NCBI RefSeq assembly: GCF_006345805.1
Contig: NC_043001.1
Location: 128,960,001-129,024,000, forward strand
Direction of reading: 5' to 3'
Origin: Octopus sinensis
Lineage: Eukaryota
Length of the DNA stretch: 64,000 nucleotides
Below are positions 1 to 12,023 of this stretch, one piece after another (position 1 is the stretch's first letter; each line of letters starts with the position of its first letter). Under the pieces are notes generated by a model. It saw only the letters and a program-made list of their open reading frames with translations, was not told the DNA's origin and did not search any database. The position numbers and the translations under genes are program-made.

Positions 1-220
1 TGTGTGTGTGTGTGTGTGTATGTGTGTGTGTGTGTATGTGTGTGTGTGTGTGTGTGTGTGTATGGTGGGCTAAAAGTTATGCACAAAATAAGTTGAATAC
101 GCTTCAGAATAGTCAGAGACGAGCTTCAATTTTTCTAAAATTGATTAAAATAAATAAAGTAATTATGAATACACATGTACTGGTACATGATGAACAGAAT
201 GAATAATAATAATAATAATG

Positions 221-269
<49 letters not shown>

Positions 270-463
270 TAATAATGATAACAACATAATATAGATAAAG
301 TGGCAACCGTTTTGGTGCAGGATTTTTAGGCCACCCTCTATGTATGTATGTATGTATGTATGTATGTGTGTATGTATTATGCATGCATGCATGCATGTAT
401 GTATGTTTGTATGTATGTATGTATGTATGTATACACAAAGACATAGACACACACACACCCACT

Positions 464-490
<27 letters not shown>
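1..490. repeat. Microsatellite cluster: (TG)n, (AAT)n, (TATG)n, (CA)n
   Basis: Directly visible tracts at about 1-61, 200-285, 338-430 and 445-490. The ORFs listed here are translations of these repeats. Confidence 0.95.
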
Positions 491-498
<8 letters not shown>

Positions 499-541
499 CT
501 TTGTATGCATGGATGTAATTGTATTTTGGTAAACATGACAA

Positions 542-597
542 TTTCATGATAGCCTACAGGTTTTCTGCAGTTATAGTTAGCTGCCTCATCAGCGAAA
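542..597 (-). ncRNA. Degenerate type I hammerhead-ribozyme-like motif
   Basis: Minus strand reads TTTCG-CTGATGA-G-GCAG(CTAACTATAA)CTGC-A-GAAA-A-CCT(GT)AGG-CTATCA-TGAAA. Core motifs, helix II and helix III hairpins are present, but the helix II closing pair and the helix I register are broken. Confidence 0.35.
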
Positions 598-1721
598 CAA
601 TAATCAAATCAGTCAGCAGTTTCTACATGTACATACCTATGTGGAGAGAAGATAAAATAAACCTAAGTAAGAAATATGTGTGTTAGAGAGAAAGGGGGAG
701 AAGAGAAAGTGAGAGTGTGTGTCATTAAATGAGGGAAAATAATTTAGATTGGAAGAGGAGAGAATTCTTTGAGATGATATTAGATAAAGAGAGAAAGTAG
801 AAAGACATAGAAATTGATACATTTCATATAGATATTTATAATGAATTTTTGAATAAAAAATTTATTAAGGCAAAGGGGTATGGCAGAGAGTGGTGGTAAT
901 TATGTAATTATGTCCAGTGACATTGTGAGTTCGAATCTTCCTCTTGGCTTTAAGAGTATCATGAAAGGTTGGCTGGAGGCCCCAACCTTCCAAGTTATTT
1001 TACAGGGCTTAGAAAAACTGAAGGGCTGCTGCAAATATGTTGAATAAAATCATAATTGACTGATCCTCCTGTATTTTCTTTTCCCCAAAGCCAAGAACTT
1101 TTCAGCATGCCCTCATAAACTTAAGTAATGTCATGTTTTGGGGTTGATGTAACTGACAGACTCATTTTATTGGTGGTCAGAATGGGCTTACAAACAGTAT
1201 GGTGGACTGATAAAATTAGTAGAATTGAAGACAAAATGTCATATGTTATTTGTTCCAACTCTATATTTTGATTTCAAATTCTGCAAAGGTCATTTTTTCT
1301 TGACTACATATATTTCTATCATATTCTATTTGTGTATTTTGGGAATCAAACAACCATAATTGATTATGGATGCAATACAATGTTAAATGAACCTATGATA
1401 AATGAATAATAGAAAATACGGGAAAGAAAGTGTTTCATTCTGAGACCCCTTAGTTGTCCCCCCCAACTTACCCAAATAAAAACCCTAAATAGTTTTTAAA
1501 CACACATAATGATATTGCTTCATGTCTCGAATAATATTTAGAGTAAAGTTTAATGACAGATAATCAGTAAATAATGAATAAACTTGTCTACACCAATTGT
1601 TAGGATCGGGCATCTTTGTATTTTTTTTCTGTTTACCAGTGGCATGTTGATGAGTATATGCACATAGATATCTTTAAATATAAAAGAGAAGTCATGTGTC
1701 TGTCTCCTACGATTTAGATTC

Positions 1722-2068
1722 CCAACTACTCCCACATTTTGCGGTGCAGTTTAACCAAAACCGGGTATCTTATAGTCGTGATTCATATCGAGCCCTTCTG
1801 GGTATTAGCACACGTCTACGATGAGTCTACGATTTAAAAAAGAATTTACCATAATTTTTTTCCATTTTAATGCATTTTTTCGCTATTATATAAGGGAAGT
1901 AACTCTCTAAAAATGTCTACGATGAGTCAATGATTTAAAAAAAAATTTACCATCATTTGTTTTCCATTTTTAATGCATTTTTTTGCTATTTTTTGGCTAT
2001 AATTCTCTAAAAATGCTTATATAGTTATTTCCCTTACAAACCCGAGCAACACCGGGCAATACTGCTAG
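1722..2068 (+). mobile_element. Non-autonomous Helitron 3' end (5' boundary uncertain)
   Basis: Ends in CCCG-AGCAACAC-CGGG hairpin (2041-2056), then CTAG (2065-2068) followed by T, the canonical Helitron 3' terminus. Contains an internal ~100-bp tandem duplication (gtctacgatgagtc...aatgcatttt at ~1815 and ~1915). Confidence 0.65.
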
Positions 2069-2793
2069 TATATATATAAAATATACAGCCTTGCAGCATA
2101 GTGATACCAACATGAGTGATAATCAGTGTATTCCGAGTAGCTGAGTATTGTGGATGGTTGCAGTGGTATGCTTTGCAGACAAAGCAGAATCTGTGACTGA
2201 TTGTTGACTTGTGTTTTCACAGATCAATTCGTGATAAATATAAGATGGTTCACAATTAAGCATACCATGTTAACCCCCAGATCAGTGATAAATGAACCTG
2301 TGATAAACAAGGATAGATATGTATACTCATGTTGTAAAATGGCAGCCACAGAAGTAGTAGGGAGAGGTGGTCATTATTGCTGTCATAGTAGTAGCCTCAA
2401 TAATGCACCAATTAATTTTCAAAAAACAAAATTATGTCCAAAAAAATATAATAAAAGCATTAAGAAAATTAGACACATGGATAGAGTTTATAGTTACACA
2501 ATGAGAAAAAAATAAGAACATTGGGAACCTTAATTTAATTGAGGGAAAAATAATATCTTTCATCTTATTTTTTAATCTTTTACTTGTTTTGGTCATTAGA
2601 CTATGGCCATGCTGTGGCACTGCCTTGAAGAATATTTTAGTTGAATGAATTAACGCAAGTACTTAATTTTTAAGCTTGGTACTTATTCTAGAAGACTATC
2701 TTCCCATCCAATGTAGTTGACCTCCCCCAAAATTGCTGGCCTTGTGCCAAAATTTGAAACCATCATCATCATCATCATAGTTGTCATCATCAT

Positions 2794-3020
2794 TAAGGTG
2801 GTGTGCAGACTTTTTAGTTCACTGGACAAAATGCTCAGTGGCATTCTTCCAGCTCTTTACATTTTGAGTTCAAATTATGCTGAGGTGAACTTTGCCTTTT
2901 ATCCTTTTGGGGTTGATAAAATAAGTAAACAGTTGAACATTGGGGTTGATGTAATCCACTTTCCTCCTCCTACCAAAATTTTAGGTTTTGTATCTATAGT
3001 AGAATAGTAGAAAGAAATAT
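2794..3020 (+). mobile_element. Old tRNA-derived SINE related to family A
   Basis: Diverged B box (GAGTTCAAATT) and the gcctttatccttttggggttgataaaataagta central block shared with family A; (ATT)n tail. Confidence 0.6.
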
Positions 3021-3050
3021 TATTATTATTATTATTGTTATTATTATTAT

Positions 3051-3510
3051 TGAGTGAGAGAGCAGTACATGCCATCAAAGTGGCACTGGGGTAAAATATA
3101 CGAAGCCCAATATACTACTCATCTGATAAGGGTACACCAGGCACATGCATCACAACCATATGTGCACGACATGGTGATCTCATATCAAGATAAACAGCGC
3201 ATGACTTTGCAGGTGGGGCCCAGTTGGGATTTCCTTCAGGTCCAATAGCCCATCCCACTCAAAAGGTCCCTGAATAAGGGTTTCCAAAGCTAAACTATCC
3301 AAACCCCAAAGAATTCTTTTCAACACATGTCTATGATGCTCCCACACTAATTCTGCACATGATCATGATCAGAGATGCACATATCATCAGCCACTAACGG
3401 ACACATGTTCAACTGGTTAAGGTCAGACAACTGACAAGCAAATCTGTGGTATTGAGCAGAATATTTCTTGTAGCCCATCTTTTATACAAAGACAAAACAA
3501 TGTACAGGAT
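3051..3510 (-). mobile_element. Interspersed element embedded in (TAA)n; probable 3' end of a microsatellite-targeting non-LTR element
   Basis: About 460 bp of unique, higher-GC sequence flanked on both sides by (ATT)n. On the minus strand it ends ...ctctctcactc-(AAT)n, like the tails at 19700-21020. No coding homology recognised. Confidence 0.45.
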
Positions 3511-3563
3511 AATTATTATTATTATTATTATTAATTTTTTTATTATTATTATTGTTATTATTA

Positions 3564-3604
<41 letters not shown>

Positions 3605-4039
3605 TATTATTATTAAGGTGAAGATGTGATGGATATAGCAGAAGCGCAGACAAAAATATCTTGTAGTTTATTGTTCATATATTCCTAATATTGTGAATCC
3701 AAACCCAATGAGATTATCTCTCAGGATCATTCAAGAATGCGTTCTGTCCACAGCAAATAAATTTTAGGTTCTATATGATTGTGAGAAATCTTTGCCTTTC
3801 CTTTTTTGAGGATTGATAAATATAAGTCATATTCTGGGACATGTACAACTGATTGTTACTTCTCATGAAATTTGGAGGCATTCTACTTTTGTATAGTATT
3901 GTTCCATGTCTATTTTTGTCTGCAGTCAATCTTATGTAAAATGAATATGTAATTAGTCCTTGTAAGGTCTTCTCATTCATCTCCAGATAAGTGAAAACAT
4001 TATTGTTGTCATCATCTAACCTCCTTTCCATTTCTATGC

Positions 4040-4180
4040 ATGTGTCAACAAATTTTGCAGGGGATATAGCTGACAGAAATGAATATATATATATTATATA
4101 TATATATATATACACGAGCAAAACACCCACAGTTCAATGGACGGTGCTGAATCATATCTGGTGAATAAAAAGCAATCAGT
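4040..4180. repeat. Dispersed repeat (second copy at 6494-6619)
   Basis: tgtgtcaacaaattttgcaggggatatagctgac-(TA)n-cgagcaaaacacccacag...gaataaaaagcaatcagt occurs twice in the window. Confidence 0.8.
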
Positions 4181-4329
4181 GTTTTCTTTTCATAAAAAAA
4201 TAATTAAGCATGCCTTTATTTCAATAAAATTTTTGGTTTTGTTAAACGAAGTTAAGGCAAAAAAAAAAACTTTTTGAGAAACCAAATAGTCTTTCCTTCC
4301 TTCATGCCAAGATTGAAGAAAATATCTCT

Positions 4330-4665
4330 TTTGCATCTTACATTTTTGGTCTCTTAAATATACTGCATTTTGTGGCGTTATTTCAAGCCAGCCGGCTTTT
4401 TTGTGTAAACTGCACGTGCATTTTTCTCATGTATGTGTAGTATCGATTGCAACAGCTTATGTACTTGCATGTACAAATGCACGTTCCCACGGCTTTATCG
4501 ATCGCATTCTCACCTGGAATCAATTTTTGTAATTTTTTCAAGACTTATACACGCCCTGATACCGTCGGTATCTTCAAATCAAATTTGAGTGCAATCGGAT
4601 GGAGGATGCCTGAGATCCTAGAAGACACACACACAGACAGACAGAACGGATTTTATATTAAAATC
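4330..4665 (+). mobile_element. Helentron/HINE-like non-autonomous element
   Basis: CpG-retaining segment ending in aaatttgagtgcaatcggatgg...-(CA)n-(CAGA)n, a layout typical of Helentron-associated interspersed elements. Termini not resolved. Confidence 0.4.
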
Positions 4666-4920
4666 ATAACTTACATAACTTACATTTAAGTGTCAGTAAG
4701 CCAAATAAATAAATCATACAAAAGTGTGGTGCCCCAACCAAAATCCAGTCAGTGGAAGAAGTAAAAGAGCAGAAGAGATAAGATGAACAAAATAACAATA
4801 ATGTACAAATATATTAGTAACATACCTTGAATATATGCTTGCTTTTTGTTTTATACCTATACATATTTAGCACAAGTTCGATGCAACCCTCTCAATCAAT
4901 CACTCAGACAGATTAAAGGG

Positions 4921-5090
4921 ATCTCATCTTTTGTTAAACCCATTCAATCCATGCCAACGTGGACAGTAGATGTAAAATGATGATGATGTTGATGATGATG
5001 ATCTCATCTTTTGTTAAACCCATTCAATCCATGCCAACATGGACAGTAGATGTAAAATGATGATGATGTTGATGATGATGATGATGATGA
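4921..5090 (+). repeat. 80-bp tandem duplication of a SINE C-type 3' tail
   Basis: atctcatcttttgttaaacccattcaatccatgccaacRtggacagtagatgtaaaa(tga)n at 4921-5000 and 5001-5090, one substitution apart. Confidence 0.85.
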
Positions 5091-5259
5091 CATGTACCAG
5101 TGACATCGTGAGCAATGAAAATGAGTATTTTGGTCACAGGTTCTTAAATGATACTCCTTAGTACTCCATGACACACTGGTGCACCTTAAGGAATATCCAG
5201 TGTGTGACAGACTTATAAAAATATTCAAAGCTTTAGAAAATCCATATTAACGCTTGAGT

Positions 5260-5552
5260 ATCTTACAAATGCAGATTGGTGAATGCAATTGTCTTCCCAA
5301 TAGCAACATATGAATGCGAGACCTGGACACCAAAGAAAGCTGACCAGACGAGAATTAATGCATTCGAGCTTTGGTGTTGGAGAAGACTTTTACGGATTCC
5401 ATGGACAGTGAGGCTCACCAATGGAGAAGTTCTTAAGCAGATCAGGCCGAAAATGTCGCTAGAAGCTAGGATCACCAAGCGTAGATTGGCATATTTTGGT
5501 CATATTATGCGGAGAAAATCCCTGGAGAAGGACATCATGCTCGGAATGGTCA
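5260..5552 (+). mobile_element. RTE-clade (BovB-like) LINE fragment, ORF C-terminal region
   Basis: Translation LVNAIVFPIATYECETWTPKKADQTRINAFELWCWRRLLRIPWT...YFGHIMRRKSLEKDIMLG matches the post-RT domain of BovB/RTE elements (AFELWCWRRLLR, YFGH.MRR motifs). Truncated at both ends. Confidence 0.92.
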
Positions 5553-5900
5553 GTTTTACGAGCCAGGCATGGCTCAAGAAGCAACAAACATATGCTTTCA
5601 CAACAAAAATATTCAATTTTGACTTTAACTTTTTTGTTACCATATTTTTGTTGAAATATACTGTCTATGTTTCAATTAATTTTTTACAATCCTGAAGAAT
5701 TCAATAAAATAATTTTAGTGTTAACTTGTTGTTTGGAATGTAAATTAACATGAAATTTTGATGGAAGGGCTTTGTTTGGATCACTTTAAAGCAGGAAGCT
5801 TGTATCATAGAAACCAGGAATTGACTTTAGCATGTTGGTTTAAAAAATGTTAGGAAATATCCCTTTTCAGCATAACATTGTTGACTGTAATATGTATGTA

Positions 5901-5949
<49 letters not shown>

Positions 5950-5962
5950 ATATATGTATATT

Positions 5963-6001
<39 letters not shown>

Positions 6002-6339
6002 CTATGCATACAGGGTTGGTCAAAAGACAGTAAATCAAAATTCCATGAATACTTAATATTCAATTTTATTTATTCATTCCAATTATGACTGTTTAATAAT
6101 TGAATGCTGTGAGTTAAAAATCACCGCTTCTTTTTTTTTCAACATTTGTCTATTTATTAGCGAAGTCTCATATAAAATAATTTTTTGTTTTAATCTTGGA
6201 ATTAAATGGTTGTGATTTACTGTCAGGTGACTTTTGACCAACACTGTATATATGAGAAGAGTATATGTAAAACATTATATGCTTCAAACAATATTTCTAA
6301 ATAATTCTCATTTTCTACATTACTATTTTTTTTATTTAT

Positions 6340-6492
6340 CACGTTAAGATTTAAACTCTCCAGCCAAAATATTCGACCTGTTTTATGCCCAAACTGACCA
6401 GATCCCACTTCTCACACCTACCCTTCAATGTCATTCTAAAAATAAACAATCACATCATTAGAATCTTGAAGCTATGCGATAATAGTGCATGA
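6340..6492 (-). mobile_element. Partial copy of the TTAA-flanked MITE (see 56079-56296)
   Basis: Reverse complement aligns to the tttagaatgacatt...ggtaggtgtgag...cataaaacagg...aatatttt block of the copies at 56079 and 57451. Confidence 0.65.
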
Positions 6493-6493
6493 T

Positions 6494-6619
6494 ATGTGTC
6501 AACAAATTTTGCAGGGGATATAGCTGACCGAAATGAATATATATATATATATACGAGCAAAACACCCACAGTCTAGTGGATGGTGCTGTATCATATCTGC
6601 TGAATAAAAAGCAATCAGT
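6494..6619. repeat. Dispersed repeat (copy of 4040-4180)
   Basis: High similarity to 4040-4180; it begins where the MITE fragment stops. Confidence 0.8.
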
Positions 6620-6895
6620 AAATAAGCATTATATTTGACAGTGTGATCTGAAAGCTAATGGGTTAGATTGTATATCAAGCTTCTACCTGAACATACATCA
6701 CACTTTTTTTCATGAAACCTTATTTCAAGTTAATAATATCAAAATGCTTAAGAACACCTTGATTCATTAGCCGTTGCTTGCTGCTGACTACACAAACCAA
6801 CCAACCAGCCAATGGCCTTCAATACTATTATTATTATATTATTATTATTATTGTTATTATTTGTGTTCAGCCCTTGTGCCCAATAAAGAAAATGT

Positions 6896-6927
<32 letters not shown>

Positions 6928-7294
6928 TTGACAGAAAATATATTTGATTGAAATGGAGAATTTTCTTCAAATAATAAAAATTTTTTTACAACTCTTGTAA
7001 TATGTCCATCAAGTAGTGAAAAATATCAGTAAAATATTAAAAAAACCCAACAAAAACAATGAAGTATGTATATTTTTATGTTGTATGTACAAAATATTTA
7101 ACTGAAGTCATACAAGATATATTAACTGTTTCAATGGAAATTGATTTCAATTTTCCTTCATTTTATCATTTAAAATCATTTCACCTATATATTTTTTCTC
7201 CAAATTTTGCTTTGTTTTTGCTTTTAACAAATTCTTTCATTTCTTTTATTTTTTTACATATTTTTTATGTTCCTTTCAAATTCATTTTATATTA

Positions 7295-7344
<50 letters not shown>

Positions 7345-8269
7345 TCTTATTTTCCCTTGTTATTTTGGTTCTGTTTAGGGTTTTTGTGTTGTTTAACGTT
7401 TTTAGCAGTTATTTCTTGAATGTTTTAAAAATGTTTAAGAAATCCTAAAGAAAGTGATTTTCAAATTATTAAGGACCACATTTTGACCCTTTCACAATAA
7501 AATTTGAAAACAAAAACTCCAAAAAAGCAACATCAAACAACAAACCTAAACAACAGAATTGTCTTCCTCCCCTCCTCCACCTCCTTCTCATCATCATCAT
7601 CATCATCATCATCGTCGTCATCATTATTATCAACTATTTCGTTTTCTTGGTAGAATTTCTTTTACTTTCTTATTTTTGTGAAAAAAAAAAAAAAAAATTC
7701 TGAAGCATATAGTCAGTTATTCTGAAATTCCAATATGGAAGGTATTTGAAAAATATAAAAAGGATAAAAAAAATGAAGCAAAAATCTACAAAAAAAAAAA
7801 TAAATATATAAATTGATTTATTGAAGAAAAAAGACAAAAAAGAAAAAGGTTGATTTAAATTTTTGCAATCTAATTTGCATATTCAACCTTGAAACTACAA
7901 GTTTTGTTGCTTTTCGAAATGGTAATATGCAAAGTAGATTGCATAATTGGTAACTGTTCCTCCTACTCTCATACATAGTCTACTCCTACCTTTACTATTT
8001 TTTTTGCAGTACTTGTTGTTAGTGGTCAGAGAAGGAGAAAGCAGAGGACAAAGAAGGAAAGAAGGTTACAAGCAACAGAGGGGAAAGAGGGTCAGGGGTC
8101 ATTTTTGGTTGTCATTGCAGCTGTTTTTGCAATCATAGGTGTTCTGTTTTCTCCGTTTCCATATCCGTCATTATTGTTGGCACTACAGTTGTTGTTGTTA
8201 TTGTGCTTGCTTGTTGTCATTGGTATACAACTGTTGGTTGCTTATTTTGGAAATATGTCCGTGTCTTGC

Positions 8270-8276
8270 TCTCTTG

Positions 8277-8315
<39 letters not shown>

Positions 8316-8334
8316 GTATCTATCTATCTATCTT

Positions 8335-8377
<43 letters not shown>

Positions 8378-8504
8378 GTATCTATCTAAAGAAGTCAGTT
8401 CTATATCTCGTCTTTCTTTTTCTCTAGCTGGGTCACATATGCTACTCTCTCTTTTTCCCTCCTACTCCTACACCTCATGCTCTTATCACTATTACTGTTC
8501 CTCA

Positions 8505-8536
<32 letters not shown>

Positions 8537-8860
8537 TTTGTCTTTCCATGTTTCCCCCCTCCCCCCCTACTCCTCCTCCTCCAACATATTCTACTTTTCC
8601 TCTTTTGTGCAGTTTCCTACCTCATCTATCTTTTTCTTTCTTTCTTTCTTTCACTTCATCTTGTTTCTTTCATTTCATAATCTTTCTTTTCTAATTCTTT
8701 TTCTTCATCAACTCCCACTCGGCTTCTCTTCATTTTTTGGTCCCACAATCTCCTCTCACTCCAACACCTTTCTACCTCCTCTTTCCTCTCTTCTTCCTCC
8801 TACCTTACCTCATAGCTTCCTCTCACTTCACTGTCCTCCTTCTTCCTCTCATTCTTCTTC

Positions 8861-8892
<32 letters not shown>

Positions 8893-9400
8893 CTTCATCT
8901 TTCCCCTCTCTTTTTTACTAAAAATTTACTATCTTTTCTTCTCCATCCACCTCTCTGGTTTCTTTCTCTACTTCTCTCTTTTCTCCTACTTGTCCTCCTC
9001 CTCCTCCCCTTCACTTGGTCCTATGGTCATGTTATCTTTTCTCCTCACCTCCTACCCTTCTGCCTACTCTTACCACAACACAACAACAACAACAACAACA
9101 CCAACCATCACCATGGACTGCCACTACAATGAAACCAGGACCACCACCATCACCACCATCACCACCACCACCACCACCACACCACCACCACCACCACCAC
9201 CACAAGCACATCTCTTCCTTCTGTACCATCATTTCCCTCCCCCTTCCTCTTTCTATCTCATCTCCTGCCTCCCAGTCTATCTCTGCTGCGCACCCCCACC
9301 GCCTGGCCCCCACCCCACCCCGGCTCTCATCTCTCTCTCTCTCTCTCACTGCCCCTCCCATCATCCATCCCCCAAGCCCTCTTAGTTCCTCTTCCTTGAC
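8270..9400. repeat. Pyrimidine-rich low-complexity block: (TC)n, (TATC)n, (CTA)n, (TCT)n, (CAA)n, (CCA)n
   Basis: Directly visible; the long ORFs here are low-complexity artefacts. Confidence 0.9.
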
Positions 9401-9459
9401 TATGTCATCGTCTCTTTGGCAACCATTGTTAGTACTGTCCTTATTTTTATACTTGTTGT

Positions 9460-10100
9460 TGCTTGTTTATTGGTGATGCCAATAACGATGACGACGACGA
9501 TGATGATGATGATGATGTTGGTGTTGGTGATGCTGGAGACATCGAGGACGGTGATGGAGGTGTTGGCGTTTTGCGTTGTTCCTTGGTCTTGGAGGTGGGA
9601 GTCAGGTTTGGTCATAATCATAGTAGTGTAGCTTGTGTTGGTGTTGGTTTTAATGTTGGTGCCCATATCAGTACTGGTGGTGGTGGTGGTGGTGATGATT
9701 CTAGTAGTATTAGCGGAGATTGTGGTGTTGGTGTTGGTGATAGTAGTAGTAGTATTATTGGTGATGATGGCGTTGGTATTGCTACTGGTGACAGTAGCAG
9801 CATTAGTGGTAGTTATGGTTGTGGTGGTGTTGGCGATAGTAGCCATATTAGTGGCAAAGGTGATGGAGGTGGTGATAGTGGCTTTGGTGTTGATGTTGGC
9901 GGCAGTGCTGGTGTTGGTAATAGTTCATTTATGGTGGTGGTCATGATGGAGTTAGTGATAGTAGTAGTAGTTGTAAAGGTGGCAATGGTGGTAGTAATAG
10001 TAGTAGTTTCAGTAGTTGTGTTGGTGGTGTGGGTGATAGTAGCAAATATGGTGGCATAGGTGACAATCATAGTGTAGCTGTTGTTGGTTATAGTGTTGGC

Positions 10101-10132
<32 letters not shown>

Positions 10133-11920
10133 CTTTGTATTGGTGTTGGTGAGTGCGGTGTTAGTGTTGTTGCTGTTGGTGTTACTACTGTTGCGGTCAG
10201 TCCTTATGATGATGATGATGATGATGATGACGACTAAGTGGTGAAGGGAGGGGAGTTCCCGAGGGTTGGGGTGGGGGTGAAACAAGAAGACACATTAATG
10301 CCTCACGATGGTAATGGTTATGATATTGGTAGTGCTGGCATTGGTTGCTGTAGTACTGTTAGTGATGGGAGTGGTGTGGTGTTGGTGTTTGCAATAGTGC
10401 TAGACGCAGTCATGGAGTCAATGGTGATGTTGGTGTTAGTAATGGTGTTGGTTGGAGTGTTAACAGTGGTGATGGTGGATGGTGGTGGTGGTGGTGTTGG
10501 TGCCAGTGTTGCTGTCATTGGTGATGATGTCGGTTATAGTGTTAATGCTGGTTGCTGTTGTGTTGGTAGTAGTATTAATGTTGGTGGTAATGGTGGTGCT
10601 GGTAGTAGCTTTAGCGATGCTGGTGGTGGTGGTGGTAGTGGTGGTAGTTGTGTTAGCAATGGTGATGGTGTTAGTAGTAATGCTGGTGATGTTCGTATCA
10701 GTAGTTGTGTTAGCGACAGTGATGCTAGTAGTGGTGGTGGTGGTAATGTTACTGATAGTGGTGGTGTTGCTAATAATAGTGATGTTGGGAGTTGGTAGTA
10801 GTGTTAGAGATCGCAGTGGAATTGAAGGGACGGTGATGGTGGTGGTGGTAGTAGTAGTGTCATCAACAGTACTCATGTTGGTAGTAATTGCAGCAGCTAT
10901 ATAATTGTTGTTGGTGATGATGAAGATAATGATGATGTTTGTGATGACGTTGGACATGATGATGGTGTTTGGTGATATCAGTATTGATGATGATGCTGCT
11001 GCTGCTAATGATGATGGTGATGTATGGTGGTGCTTCTGATAGCGATGATACTTGTTCGCTTCGGTGATTTTCACAGTGAAGTCGTTGCAGTTTAGCACCC
11101 TCCCCCTCCAGGCCAACCCTTAATACAACAGTTCTACGATTTAAAGTATTCCTTCCATGACCACCCCGTCTTTTTATTTTTATGGGTATCTAAAACCATA
11201 TTAGCCAATATTTCCTTTCGTATTTCTAAAGATGGCTGGATGCAATTTGAGGGAGGTGTAGCTACTATTTCTAGCAGATTGAGCAACCACATGAAGGTTA
11301 GCCTGTTGATGTCGCTGTTATTGTTGTTGCTTATGATAATGATGATAGTGGCAATGGTGGTAGTTATGATGACAAGGACGATGATGATGACGATGGTAGT
11401 GATGATTACAATGATGATGATGATGATGATGATGGAGGTGGTGATGGTGGTGGTGGTAGTAGTAATTATGTAGCTGGTGCTGATCTGGCTGTTTTTAAGG
11501 TGTTGTGGGCGGCAGTGGTGATAGTGCTGGGGTGGTCGTTATTGTAGGGGGGGGGATGGTAGTAGTGGAGAGACAAAGATGATGATGATTTTGAAGACGA
11601 TGACGATGATGATGGTGGTGATGGTTATGTCGGCATCGTATATGTGTGTGTGTGTGTCTGTGTGTGTGTGTGGGTGGGTGTGGGTGGGTAGGAGGATGGG
11701 TGGGGGATGATAATGCTGGAAGGAATGTTGCTGATGTGTTGGTAGTTGCTATTAGCATTGATGTGATTAGTGGCAGTGGTTGTAGTGGTGATGGTGGTGA
11801 TGGTGGTGATGGTGGTGCTCATTTGGGCAATTCATGTTGATGACGATGATGGTGATGCTGCTGTTGATGGTGGTGGTGATGGTGGTCGTCGTCGTCATCA
11901 TTTGGGGCAATTGGCACTGG

Positions 11921-11963
<43 letters not shown>

Positions 11964-11991
11964 AATGATGATGATAATGATGATGACGATA

Positions 11992-12023
<32 letters not shown>

